A DNA stretch of 64,000 bases from Reclinomonas americana ATCC 50394 (GCA_048213135.1 PS015010.1:1240001-1304000), one strand, 5' to 3'; numbered from the stretch's first letter, positions 18,549 to 28,502 are shown. Program-made: numbers and translations. Notes: generated by a model not told the origin, from the letters alone.

Positions 18549-21032
18549 TTAATTACCTGAGTTTTTCACCCTGTTCTGCTCATCTCCTGCTCCACCGCTC
18601 TTCCTGTTGTTACCGGCTTTCAGTTTTCCTTTGTTGAAACGGTAGGTAAAGCTAACTGATACGGCCCTGCTGTCGTTCACATTCCTGAACTGGGCATCCA
18701 CGTTGCTGTACTTGCTGTATCCTTTGAAAACACCACCGGCAAATACATCGCGGAAATTAACACGTATGCTGCCTTTGTTCTTGAGTACCTGTTTGCCAAA
18801 GGCCAGGTTCATTTGCGCAATCGGCTTGATGAAGATTACACCTTCAATGCCTTTGCTGCGGTAGAAAGCGCTTACTTCGGCAGACCACCCTTTGCCCCAT
18901 TTGAATTGCTGCTGGGTCTGTACCAGGAAAGTGGTGTTGCTGATAGAAATATTTTCGTTGTTCACCACACCGTTAAAATGGTTGTTGAATACATTGGTAT
19001 AGATGCTGGCCGTCCACCATTTTTTGATGTCTTTATTAGCGCTTACAGCCAATCCCCATTGTTGCAGGCGGGCGATATTGGCTTTTTTGATAAACGTTTC
19101 ATTGGTCAGCTCGTTTTGTTCCAGCACCTGCTGAATGATGTTGTTGGTACTGGTATAGTTCACCGTAGTGGTCAAAAAGCCTTTGTACGTGTGACTGAGT
19201 TCGATATTGTGGGCAAACTGCGCATTCAGGTTAGGATTACCCTGTTCAAACGTGTATTTGTCGAGGAAGTGTACAAACGGGTTCATATCCTCATAGTCCG
19301 GACGGTCGATCCTCCTGCCGTAATTGATCACGAATTCGTTGCTGGCATTGGCCGTGTATTGCAGGTAAACCGTAGGGAATAACTGTGTATAGTTGCGTTT
19401 GAAGCTTTTTTGAGCAGCTACAAATTTGTCATTTACCTGGTCATATTCATAACCTGAGGAAACACCTTTGGCATTGGTATTTTCAAGACGTAAACCCAAC
19501 TGGGCATTCCATTTTTTGCTGAGCGGACGGCTATAATTCACATAAGCCGCATTGATGTTTTCGTCATAAATAAAGTGGTTGCTGCGGGCACTGTCGAGTA
19601 CGGTGTAACTGCTGTACACGCTGTCGTATATCGCGTTGTTATCTGTCTTTACATAGCTGGATTTGATACCCGCTTCAAATTTGGCGCCTTTTTTCAGTGG
19701 CAGTGTGTAATCAACCTTACCACTGTATATTTTAATATTGGTAGGCAATGTGCCCAACAGGGTTTCTGATAATGAGGTCGGATTTCCGTGAGCATCATAA
19801 TCCCTGCTCACCAATGGCTGGCTGCTGGTTGCGGTATACTGTATATAATCCAGGTCTGTTGTCAGCTCCTGACCGGCTGAATCCAGGGCAGTTCTTAAAT
19901 TAAGGTTACCGCTGAAGTTTTTCCATTTTTCATCGTTGCGTACAGAAGCAATGGTCTGGCTTTCGAGATTATAGTTCGGATCAAGAATATACGTGTTGCT
20001 GTTACTTTGCCAGGTGCTTGGTTTGTAAAAACCATTCAGCACCATACCGATCGTTGTTTTTTTCGATACACTATAATCAACGCCTACCTTAGCTCCGTAG
20101 TAATGACTCCGATTTCTCATGAGTGAGGTCTGGTCGAAAATATGCAGCAATTGCTTGGTATTGGCGTCACGCATGTTCCTGGAGATATACAACTCTTCAC
20201 CCCTGTTATTGCGGTTATAATTGAGGCTGGTAAACAGGTTGATCTTACCATTGCGGTAGTTGAAGTTCAGGTTGTCGTTGAAACGGGCATAGCGTCCCTG
20301 GGTATAACCCGTGGTAATGCTTCCGTTATAACCAAACTGCTTGTTCTTTTTTGTTTTGATGTTGATGACACCGGAGTTACCGGCAGCATCGTATTTAGCC
20401 GGCGGGTTGGTCATGATCTCGATCTGTTCCAGCTGGCTGGCGCTCATACTTTTTAAGAGATTGGCCAGATCGGGACCGCTCAGGTAGCTTGGGCGGCCGT
20501 CTACCAATACTACCACGCCGGATTTACCTTTCAGGCTGATGTTGCCATCTTTATCCACCGTTACACCGGGCGCTTTTTCCAACACTTCCAGGGCAGAGTT
20601 ACCCACGTTGGAAATAGAGGCTTCCACGTTAACCACCGTACGGTCGATCTTTCTTTCAATGAGAGGTTTCTTTGCCGTTACCACTACTTCTTTCATGTTC
20701 TTGTTAACCGGTACCAGCTGCAGTACACCTACCGTAGCGGGTGCGGTACCCAGGGTTACCGGCTGGCTGTAGGTCTTACTGTGACCAACAGAGGTGGCCA
20801 GTACCAGGTACTCGCCGGGTTTAACATTGTCGAAGCTGAAATTGCCTGTAGCATCGGTGATGGCTACTTTTACCAGGCTGGAGTCTTTGGCCCGGAGAAG
20901 AGATACGGATGCGGCGTCAATGATCTTCTGGTTACCGCCGTCTTTAATGCTTCCGGAGATCTTACCCCCGTTCTGTGCCTGGGCTGACAGCATAAGGAGG
21001 CTGCCGGCCAGAAGGCTGAATAATTTTTTCAT
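18549..21032 (-). CDS. TonB-dependent receptor-like outer-membrane beta-barrel protein
   Basis: Signal peptide, carboxypeptidase-regulatory-like N-domain, plug motif IEIMTNPPAKYDAAGNSGVINIKTKK, GNPNL. Confidence 0.9.
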   Translation of the reverse strand: MKKLFSLLAGSLLMLSAQAQNGGKISGSIKDGGNQKIIDAASVSLLRAKDSSLVKVAITDATGNFSFDNVKPGEYLVLATSVGHSKTYSQPVTLGTAPATVGVLQLVPVNKNMKEVVVTAKKPLIERKIDRTVVNVEASISNVGNSALEVLEKAPGVTVDKDGNISLKGKSGVVVLVDGRPSYLSGPDLANLLKSMSASQLEQIEIMTNPPAKYDAAGNSGVINIKTKKNKQFGYNGSITTGYTQGRYARFNDNLNFNYRNGKINLFTSLNYNRNNRGEELYISRNMRDANTKQLLHIFDQTSLMRNRSHYYGAKVGVDYSVSKKTTIGMVLNGFYKPSTWQSNSNTYILDPNYNLESQTIASVRNDEKWKNFSGNLNLRTALDSAGQELTTDLDYIQYTATSSQPLVSRDYDAHGNPTSLSETLLGTLPTNIKIYSGKVDYTLPLKKGAKFEAGIKSSYVKTDNNAIYDSVYSSYTVLDSARSNHFIYDENINAAYVNYSRPLSKKWNAQLGLRLENTNAKGVSSGYEYDQVNDKFVAAQKSFKRNYTQLFPTVYLQYTANASNEFVINYGRRIDRPDYEDMNPFVHFLDKYTFEQGNPNLNAQFAHNIELSHTYKGFLTTTVNYTSTNNIIQQVLEQNELTNETFIKKANIARLQQWGLAVSANKDIKKWWTASIYTNVFNNHFNGVVNNENISISNTTFLVQTQQQFKWGKGWSAEVSAFYRSKGIEGVIFIKPIAQMNLAFGKQVLKNKGSIRVNFRDVFAGGVFKGYSKYSNVDAQFRNVNDSRAVSVSFTYRFNKGKLKAGNNRKSGGAGDEQNRVKNSGN

Positions 21033-21318
21033 GGCTATACTTTTTGTTTGTTTTTCCCGGTCGGCTACAACCGGATGGCTTAGTTTCTGCAGTTATATAC
21101 TTTGATAACTACCTCACAAAAGTAGGTACTTTGTTTTGCATAGTACATTGTTTTGTATTGAACGGTAAATTTTCAGGATAACTGGTAGAATAGTGAATCT
21201 TTTACGGACAGGCAGGTATAAAAGTTACAGGGTGAAAAAGAATTAATTACAGATTAAAATAAGAACGACCCCGTTTTTGGGGCCGTTCCGTGCAATTATG
21301 TAAATATTAAGATTAATC

Positions 21319-22626
21319 TTATGCTTTGGCCCTGCGGCGGGAGCTCCAGATGAGTATGATGCCGGACAGCACAAGCCCGGTGGCGATGATCTCAGCCTGG
21401 CTGGGTTTGAAACCGAGCACATTATAGGTGGTATTTACCCGGATGAGCTCTACGATAAACCGTTCCAAACCATTAAAAATGAGGTAGATGCCAAATATCA
21501 CCCCCGGAGTCTTTATCCTTTTGCGGATGGCCCACAGCACCAGGAAAAGCAGGGTGCAAATGGTGGTTTCATAAAACGGTGTGGGAAATACAGGTGAAGG
21601 AAGCTGGCGGCAATATTCGCCATCACAACCGGCAATCTTAACCCCATCATTGTTCACATTGTTGGGATAGGTGTAAGCCACCATCCAGGTGGGCAGGAAA
21701 CCCGGAGCTTTGAAATTGCGGCTGGGTACCTCCTCCAGTGTGGCGGCTGTACGGCCGCTGTACTGGTTCGATTCCGGGATACGTCCCTGCAGGAAATAGG
21801 TGCTGTTCTTTTCCAGCCCTTTCCTGAATTCGCCGGGTTGCGCCAGTACCACATGTCCTGTACTGTCGGTTACATAAGCACTGTTGTACACACCCCAGTC
21901 ACCGTCGCCGGCTACCTGGCAGCCGATACGGCCAATGGCATAGGCGATCATCAGTGCAGGCGCAGCGGCATCAACAAGATGTATGATGCGGATACCTTTT
22001 TTAACCGCGTACCAGCAAATGGCAATCGCGGCTACAATCAGGCCGCCATAAAAAGTAAGACCACGGGCGGAGAAAATAGTGCCGATGGGATCCGCGATAA
22101 AAGAAGACCAGTTCTCCAGCGCGTCAAACAATTTGGCGCCCAATATACCAAACACCAGGCCCAGGATAACGATATCTCCTACCCTGTCGTGCGGCCATAT
22201 GCGTACGTTCCTGCGCTCGGGTTCTTTCAGTTTTTGTTTGTTCTTATCCCACCACTTCACACCTACCAGTATCGCCGCGATCAGCAGTCCGCCGGGCAGG
22301 CTACCGCTGCCGGAGAAAATATAATCCTGCGGGTTAACATCCGCCGGTTTGCTGAAAAACAAACCAATGAGTTTATATCCGAACGCAAAACCAATGATGG
22401 CGTTGATGAGCAACTCCCCTATTGAAGCGGGCCTGCCTACCATGATCATCTCTTCGCGGGGCGATAACAGGCCGGCTTTTTCTTTCCGCTGCAACTCACG
22501 GCTGATCACGATCGCGGCCACCACAAAGGATATGGCAACCATCAGCCCGAATGTATTGAGGAAACTTAAACCATGCCATTCCACGCCAAACCAGTCTTTG
22601 AAGGCATAATAGAGATTGGGATACAT
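21319..22626 (-). CDS. lgt: Prolipoprotein diacylglyceryl transferase (long form)
   Basis: GAKLFD, GLTFYGG, AYAIGRIGC..GDG, PTPFYE, ERFIVELIR. Confidence 0.9.
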   Translation of the reverse strand: MYPNLYYAFKDWFGVEWHGLSFLNTFGLMVAISFVVAAIVISRELQRKEKAGLLSPREEMIMVGRPASIGELLINAIIGFAFGYKLIGLFFSKPADVNPQDYIFSGSGSLPGGLLIAAILVGVKWWDKNKQKLKEPERRNVRIWPHDRVGDIVILGLVFGILGAKLFDALENWSSFIADPIGTIFSARGLTFYGGLIVAAIAICWYAVKKGIRIIHLVDAAAPALMIAYAIGRIGCQVAGDGDWGVYNSAYVTDSTGHVVLAQPGEFRKGLEKNSTYFLQGRIPESNQYSGRTAATLEEVPSRNFKAPGFLPTWMVAYTYPNNVNNDGVKIAGCDGEYCRQLPSPVFPTPFYETTICTLLFLVLWAIRKRIKTPGVIFGIYLIFNGLERFIVELIRVNTTYNVLGFKPSQAEIIATGLVLSGIILIWSSRRRAKA

Positions 22627-22702
22627 ACTCTTGCTTGCGTTGTGAGGGTTAAAAGAACTGCAATATATTCAATTATTCAAAGCAGGTCTTGCCCGTATAA
22701 AT

Positions 22703-22730
22703 AAAAAACCTCCCGCTGACAACGGGAGGT
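22703..22730 (-). terminator. Intrinsic terminator of the bacilliredoxin gene
   Basis: aaaaaacctcccg-ctgacaa-cgggaggt. Confidence 0.7.
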
Positions 22731-22776
22731 GTACTTACTAACCCATATACATAGTGGGCCAAAGGCCCGGTATATC

Positions 22777-23193
22777 TTAATTGCAATACTGGTCGAAAGC
22801 ACCCAGCAGGTTCTCGGCGATCATTTGTGCGCTCCTGCCTTCAATGTTATGCCTTTCGATAAAATGCACCAGCTGTCCGTCTTTGAACAGGGCGATAGCG
22901 GGTGATGACGGAGGATAAGGCAACAGGTGCTGACGGATCTGCTTCACGGCATCAATATCAAAACCGGCAAAACTGGTGGTGATATGATCGGGACGTTTAG
23001 TGGTGTTGGCAACAGCCATCAGCACACCAGGGCGGGCTGTTCCGGCGCTGCAACCGCAAACGGAATTGATCATAACCAATGTGGTGCCTTTTTCAGCAAG
23101 CGTCTTCTCCACATCATCTGCAGTGAGCAATTCTGAAAAACCATTGTCGGTGAGCTCCTCCTTCATCGGGATAACTATTTCTTCTGGATACAT
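22777..23193 (-). CDS. BrxA/BrxB family bacilliredoxin (YphP/YqiW-like)
   Basis: NSVCGCSAGTARP (CGC motif), PPSSPAIALFKDG, IEGR. Confidence 0.92.
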   Translation of the reverse strand: MYPEEIVIPMKEELTDNGFSELLTADDVEKTLAEKGTTLVMINSVCGCSAGTARPGVLMAVANTTKRPDHITTSFAGFDIDAVKQIRQHLLPYPPSSPAIALFKDGQLVHFIERHNIEGRSAQMIAENLLGAFDQYCN

Positions 23194-23449
23194 ATGTTTT
23201 AATTGTTTTGAGTCACAAAATTAAGCAGTTCTGGCTAAATACGCATCGAAACACTTCGATCAATAGAATGAATTCCCAAATTAGAAAACCATAAAACCGG
23301 AAACTTTGTCGCTTAATCAACCCTAAGATTGACATTCCGTCATACAAAAGCTGTGCATTTGGGAAATCATGGCATTAAAAAAAGGGATGGAACGGCATTT
23401 GAACATACCGATTCGAAATCAAAAAATTCAAAACAACAATTTTATAGCT

Positions 23450-23890
23450 ATGACACTTGTAAAAGTTAACCACCCGATCAACAAATCATTCGACGGTTTA
23501 TTCAACCAGTTGTTCAACGAGTTTCCTGCCGGTTTCGGTAAAGCGGTAAGGGAAGACGTACTCGACTTTCCTCCCGTGAACATTGTGGAACAACCCAATG
23601 GTTACCAGTTGTCCTTATCGGCTCCCGGTTTGGATAAATCTGATTTCTCTATTAAACTGGAGAACAGGATCCTGACCATCAGCGCGGAAAAGAAAGAAGA
23701 GAAACTGGCCGAAACGGATAAATACGTTCGCAAAGAATTCAGCAGGAAAGCTTTCAAAAGAAGTTTCACTGTTGATGAAAAGATCGACGACAGCCACATC
23801 AGCGCCAAATATGAAAATGGTGTACTGGTACTGGATCTGCCCAAAAAAGAAGAAGTGAAAAGCAGCCCTACTGCTATCAGCATTCAATAA
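23450..23890 (+). CDS. Small heat-shock protein, Hsp20/alpha-crystallin family
   Basis: PPVNIVE, APGLDK, FKRSF, AKYENGVLVLDLPK; ATG at 23450. Confidence 0.93.
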   Translation: MTLVKVNHPINKSFDGLFNQLFNEFPAGFGKAVREDVLDFPPVNIVEQPNGYQLSLSAPGLDKSDFSIKLENRILTISAEKKEEKLAETDKYVRKEFSRKAFKRSFTVDEKIDDSHISAKYENGVLVLDLPKKEEVKSSPTAISIQ

Positions 23891-23929
23891 TTTTTCTTAC
23901 GCTAAGTAAGCATACAGTTGGTTTTTGGT

Positions 23930-23965
23930 AAGCCCCCTCCATTCCTGGCGGGGGCTTTATTTTTT
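23930..23965. terminator. Terminator between convergent Hsp20 and NTF2-like genes
   Basis: aagccccc...gggggcttt followed by a T-rich run. Confidence 0.65.
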
Positions 23966-23980
23966 CCGGATCAGCGAAGT

Positions 23981-24433
23981 TTATTCGCAGCCTCTCTTTC
24001 TTCTTGTATCAATGATGTACTGGATCTTCCAGGCGCCGTTAATCCTTACCAGTTGGAAAGAGTTGACACCACAATGGCTGAAAGTGCCTTTGTAATAAAA
24101 TTTATATGGTGTCCAGGCTATGGCCAGGTTGCCGTCGATGCGGATAACGTCGAAGCTGATGCGCTCATCTGCATCTCCCTTATTCAGTTTACTTACCGAT
24201 TCAGCAAACTCATCAACAGGATCCGTCTTAACAACGGTCTTTCCCTGTGCGTCCCTGGCAATGGTTTGCAGGATGGCACTGTCGGCAAAAGCATTTTTGA
24301 TCAACGCGGCATCGGAGTTTTTCATTCCCTCGAATAGTTGATTGACGGCTGCTTTTACAGAGTCTTCCGCGGTTTGTGCATGCCCGGCTGCGCAGGCTAA
24401 AGAAAAAGTTAAAAGAAAGAAGAGCTGCTTCAT
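23981..24433 (-). CDS. Secreted NTF2/SnoaL-like protein
   Basis: Signal peptide MKQLFF...GHAQ; IDGNLAIAWTPYKFY...SHCGVNSFQLV...WKIQYIIDTRR. Confidence 0.85.
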   Translation of the reverse strand: MKQLFFLLTFSLACAAGHAQTAEDSVKAAVNQLFEGMKNSDAALIKNAFADSAILQTIARDAQGKTVVKTDPVDEFAESVSKLNKGDADERISFDVIRIDGNLAIAWTPYKFYYKGTFSHCGVNSFQLVRINGAWKIQYIIDTRRKRGCE

Positions 24434-24675
24434 CTGGTTTGATTTGGTTGTAAATTTGAAGTAAATATACAAGCCGGTTCAACAGGCGGTAGAAAAATTA
24501 CAGCAACGGTTGGAGCGGCAAAACAGAGAAGCAATATTTTACATCAATAAGCGTTCTCAATAAAAGGCGGATCAACAACCGCTTTGCCTTGATAAAACGG
24601 CCCACCTGCAGGAAATAGTCACGTGGGCTTTTTTATTGCCCGGAACTTTCACCTCCCATTTTCCTTTCCCGGTAT

Positions 24676-24707
24676 AAAAAAACGACAGGTGTTTGTACCT
24701 GCCGTTT
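24676..24707 (-). terminator. Terminator of arginine decarboxylase
   Basis: aaaaaaacgacaggt-gtttgt-acctgccgttt. Confidence 0.6.
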
Positions 24708-24737
24708 CAATATCTTTCTTCAATTTAAATCTGCAAT

Positions 24738-26135
24738 TTAATACCCCAGTATCTTCAGCATACTCTGCGCCGACTGCTCCTTCGCGTACACCCAGTCCAC
24801 CAGTTTGCCGTTTTTATCGTGTCCCACAATAATGTGCTTGGGCGAAGGTATCAGGCAGTGTTTGATACCGCCATAACCGCTGATCTGGTCCTGGTAGGCA
24901 CCGGTATGGAAAAACCCGACGTAAAGCGGCTCTCCCGTTTCATCCGTCTTGGGCAGGAACACTTCGTTGATATGTTCTTCGGAATCGTAGTAGTCGTGGC
25001 TGTCGCAGGTAATACCACCCAGCACCACCCGCTGGTATTCGTTCTGCCATTTGTTGATGGGCAGCATCAGGAATTTTTCACCAATGCCCCAGGTATCGGG
25101 TAAGGTAGTAATGAAAGACGAGTCGATCATATACCAGGTTTCCCGGTCGTTCTGCATTTTCTGACCAATAACGCTGTAGATGTGCGCCATGCTTTCACCT
25201 ACGGTATAGCTGCCGAATTCGGTGAAGATATTGGGCATGGGCACTTTACTTTTTTTACAGGCTACTTTGATGTTTCGAACAATCTCGTTGATCATGAACT
25301 GGTAGTCGTAATCAAAACCAAGTGAATGCTTGATGGGGAAACCGCCACCGATGTTGATAGAATCAAGTTCGGGACAGATCTTCTTTAACTGGCAGTACAG
25401 GTTGATCACTTTATTGAGTTCGCTCCAGTAGTAGATGTCATCCTTAATACCCTTGTTCAGGAAAATGTGCAGCATCTTCAGCTGGAAACGGTGTTCATTA
25501 CCTTCGATCTTATCTACATAAAATTCCAGGATGTCTTTTGCCCTGATGCCGAGCCTGGAAGTATAGAACGGAAAACTCGGTTCTTCTTCTGCCGCCACAC
25601 GTATGCCCAGGTTGAAAGGCACTTTCACCGATTTGATATAAGCCCTCAGTTCATCCACGTTATCGAGAATGGGCACTACATTTTTAAACCCGCTGTTGAG
25701 CAGACCGGCAATACGGCTGGTATAAGGTTTTTGTTTATAGCCGTTGCAGATGATGAACGTGTCTTTGTTGATCTTTTTTCGGGCATACAATTTTTTGATG
25801 ATCTCGATATCGTAAGCGTAAGATGTTTCGAGATGAATATCGTGTTTCAATGCTTCTTCCACCACGAAAGAGAAATGCGAACTTTTAGTGCAATAGCAGT
25901 AATTGTATTTGCCTTCGTATTTATGTCTCTTGAACGCCGCGGCGAACATGGTTTTAGCCTTGTTGATCTGCTTCCCGATCTTGGGCAGGTACGATAATTT
26001 AAGAGGCGTGCCGTATTTGTCGATCAGCGCTTTAATATCCAGGTCATTGTACTGCAGGTACTCATTTTTTACCTTAAAATCTTCCTGCGGAAAATTGAAA
26101 GTTTGCTGCACCAGGTCATTGTAGGTATTGTTCAT
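24738..26135 (-). CDS. speA: Arginine decarboxylase (short Bacteroidota form, alanine-racemase fold)
   Basis: YCTKSSH (PLP lysine), CNGYK, NIGGG, TEFG, GITCDS, GAYQD. Confidence 0.85.
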   Translation of the reverse strand: MNNTYNDLVQQTFNFPQEDFKVKNEYLQYNDLDIKALIDKYGTPLKLSYLPKIGKQINKAKTMFAAAFKRHKYEGKYNYCYCTKSSHFSFVVEEALKHDIHLETSYAYDIEIIKKLYARKKINKDTFIICNGYKQKPYTSRIAGLLNSGFKNVVPILDNVDELRAYIKSVKVPFNLGIRVAAEEEPSFPFYTSRLGIRAKDILEFYVDKIEGNEHRFQLKMLHIFLNKGIKDDIYYWSELNKVINLYCQLKKICPELDSINIGGGFPIKHSLGFDYDYQFMINEIVRNIKVACKKSKVPMPNIFTEFGSYTVGESMAHIYSVIGQKMQNDRETWYMIDSSFITTLPDTWGIGEKFLMLPINKWQNEYQRVVLGGITCDSHDYYDSEEHINEVFLPKTDETGEPLYVGFFHTGAYQDQISGYGGIKHCLIPSPKHIIVGHDKNGKLVDWVYAKEQSAQSMLKILGY

Positions 26136-26203
26136 GTGGCCAAAAAGATTGAATGGGTCGAAAATTTTTCACAAATGTAAATGAATGTACAAATATGCGG
26201 CAT

Positions 26204-26230
26204 AAAAAAACCGTCCTGCGGGCAGGACGG
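26204..26230 (-). terminator. Terminator of rpmI-rplT
   Basis: aaaaaaa-ccgtcctgc-gg-gcaggacgg. Confidence 0.75.
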
Positions 26231-26253
26231 CTGTATTCAATTTTTCCGGCTTA

Positions 26254-26598
26254 TTATTTTACAGAAGCAACCAGGCTTTTGAAAGTTTCCGGCTCATTCA
26301 TGGCGAGGTCGGCCAGCACCTTACGGTTGAGGTCGATGTTCTTCGCGGCCAGCTTGTGGATGAATTCGCTGTAAGTCATGCCTTCTTCCCTTACGGCGGC
26401 ATTGATACGGGCGATCCACAGGGTGCGGTATTCGCGTTTTTTGAGTTTACGGCCAACGTAGCTGTACGTTAAACCTTTTTCCATTACGTTTTTCGCAACG
26501 GTGTATACATTTTTACGTTTGCCGTAATATCCTTTGGCGGCTTTTAAAATTCTTTTGCGGCGGGCCCTGCTGGCTACTGCGTTTACTGAACGTGGCAT
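26254..26598 (-). CDS. rplT: 50S ribosomal protein L20
   Basis: [34 protein letters not shown]. Confidence 0.98.
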   Translation of the reverse strand: MPRSVNAVASRARRKRILKAAKGYYGKRKNVYTVAKNVMEKGLTYSYVGRKLKKREYRTLWIARINAAVREEGMTYSEFIHKLAAKNIDLNRKVLADLAMNEPETFKSLVASVK

Positions 26599-26637
26599 AT
26601 GCTAATTTTTTTAAAGTTAATGTTGAAAGATGTTTCC

Positions 26638-26835
26638 TTATTTCATTCCCAGGAGGCGCTTTACGAAGTGCATGTTGGCATCGGCCACCACACCGTCTTT
26701 ACGCATGTTGCGCTTACGTTTGGTTGATTTTTTGGTCAGGATGTGACGTTTGAATGATTTCTGGAAAGTGATCTTACCGGTTGCGGTAACTTTAAAACGC
26801 TTTTTAGCGCTGCTGTTGGTTTTAACCTTTGGCAT
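26638..26835 (-). CDS. rpmI: 50S ribosomal protein L35
   Basis: MPKVKTNSSAKKRFKVTATGK...HILTKKS; true start at 26835. Confidence 0.97.
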   Translation of the reverse strand: MPKVKTNSSAKKRFKVTATGKITFQKSFKRHILTKKSTKRKRNMRKDGVVADANMHFVKRLLGMK

Positions 26836-26939
26836 TGTATAACTTGTTATCGTTACTCCCTGCTGGCGGTCCAAACAGATGGACACTTTTTGAGCCGTGT
26901 GGGAAATGTACAAAAAGAAGAACTTATCTTTTCGGGCGG

Positions 26940-26947
26940 CAAAGGTA
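26940..26947 (-). promoter_or_regulatory. -7 promoter element for rpmI-rplT
   Basis: Reverse complement reads TACCTTTG. Confidence 0.6.
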
Positions 26948-27067
26948 AGGAACAATCAGGAATTATGAAGGATAAATTATGAATTTATAAGAAGGATCAT
27001 AATAAAAAAGGACCGGCAATGCCGGCCGCTTTTCACTGACCATAACCATATTTCAGTTTATAATCAA

Positions 27068-27634
27068 CTATTTATGCACTTTGTCGTGAACCTGTACCAC
27101 CATTTCAGAGTGGTGTTTGATCACGGGTAAAGTGGCGGTTGCCCAGGCTTTTACGTCTGCATTATGCCCGTTGGCGATCTCGTCTTCCAGTTTACCGATC
27201 GTTTTTTCGTGGGCCGATTTCAGTAAGGCGGTGTAGGCCTTGTCAAAATCCACCCCTGTTTTGGAAGCCAGGTCATCATATTTTGCCTGGTTATCGGTAC
27301 TGATCCCGGTAGCCATGGTGATGTTGTTTTTGCGGGCAACTTCTGCCAGCTCGTTATTGGCTTTGGTATGATCGCTTACCAGCATTTTGGCCAGATCCTT
27401 TACCAAAGCGGAGTTGGATTTGGCTTGTGCCAGTTCTCCCAGTTTTACTTCCAGCATACCACCATCGGCCACGGCTGTTACAAAGTCGGCGTCGTTATCC
27501 ACCTTCGTTACCTCCATTTTTTTATCGTTCTTATCATCAGCCATTTCCTTGGCGTCCGTTTCCTTACCGGCATTGTTACAGGCCATTATCGTTAAACAGC
27601 AAATAGCGAAGAAGCCTATCATGAATTGTTTCAT
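27068..27634 (-). CDS. DUF4142-like lipoprotein
   Basis: Lipobox IMAC; EVKLGELA, DHTKAN, FDKAY, H...LP.I..H pattern. Confidence 0.85.
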   Translation of the reverse strand: MKQFMIGFFAICCLTIMACNNAGKETDAKEMADDKNDKKMEVTKVDNDADFVTAVADGGMLEVKLGELAQAKSNSALVKDLAKMLVSDHTKANNELAEVARKNNITMATGISTDNQAKYDDLASKTGVDFDKAYTALLKSAHEKTIGKLEDEIANGHNADVKAWATATLPVIKHHSEMVVQVHDKVHK

Positions 27635-27745
27635 AGTTTTCTTTTACACCAGATACCGGCAAAATGATGCCAGCCCGTTTTATACGGGAAACAGTTCAGG
27701 CCGGTTGTTTACTGTGGAATTAATTGCCCCGGATAAGGAACGGGT

Positions 27746-28483
27746 TTACTCATCCATGCCCGAGTCGCCGTCGGCGGTTTTGCTGGAATGGGCCAGCATC
27801 TGCCCCATGGCTTCCAGCTCGGCGGGTGTAAAATAGCGCCATTTGCCGGGCGGCAGGTTCTGCAGGGTGATGTTCATGATACGTGTCCTTTTGAGCGAGG
27901 TCACGTTATAACCCAGCGCTTCGCACATCCGGCGTATCTGGCGGTTGAGGCCCTGCACGAGTATAATGCGGAAGCGGTTATCCCCTTCCTGTTTTACAAA
28001 GCACTTTTTAGTTACGGTACCTAATATCTTCACCCCGCTGCGCATGCGGTTCACAAATTCGGCATTAATGGGTTTGTCTACGGTAACCACGTATTCTTTT
28101 TCATGGCCATTGCCAGCCCTCAGTATCTTATTCACGATATCGCCGTCGTTGGTCAGGAAGATGAGACCTTCGCTGCGTTTATCGAGCCGGCCAATGGGAA
28201 ATATCCTTGTTTTATACCCGATAAAATCGATGATATTGGTTTTGTCTTTCAGGTCGGTGGTACAGGTAATGCCCTTGGGTTTATTGAGCGCCAGGTATAC
28301 GGTACTTTTCTTTTTACGAATGGGTTCTCCATCAATCTTCACCACATCACCTTCCTTTACGCGGTTGCCTTTATGCGCATCCTGTCCATTGATGGTAACG
28401 CGGCATTGCTCGATGTATTCATCGGCTTCCCTCCTGCTGCAAAAGCCGGAATCGCTGATGTATTTATTGAGACTGGTATCCAC
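27746..28483 (-). CDS. rluF: rRNA pseudouridine synthase, RluF-like (S4 domain + RsuA family)
   Basis: [36 protein letters not shown] start. Confidence 0.85.
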   Translation of the reverse strand: MDTSLNKYISDSGFCSRREADEYIEQCRVTINGQDAHKGNRVKEGDVVKIDGEPIRKKKSTVYLALNKPKGITCTTDLKDKTNIIDFIGYKTRIFPIGRLDKRSEGLIFLTNDGDIVNKILRAGNGHEKEYVVTVDKPINAEFVNRMRSGVKILGTVTKKCFVKQEGDNRFRIILVQGLNRQIRRMCEALGYNVTSLKRTRIMNITLQNLPPGKWRYFTPAELEAMGQMLAHSSKTADGDSGMDE

Positions 28484-28502
28484 TGACGGTATTGCTGTTC
28501 AT

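Noticed and set aside
26836..26955. N-terminal extensions in the ORF track (rpmI, and likewise yajQ, Hsp20, wzx, ompA, araC, GH31)
   Set aside because: Upstream alternative starts run through promoter or UTR sequence; family N-termini or signal peptides begin at the downstream ATGs.
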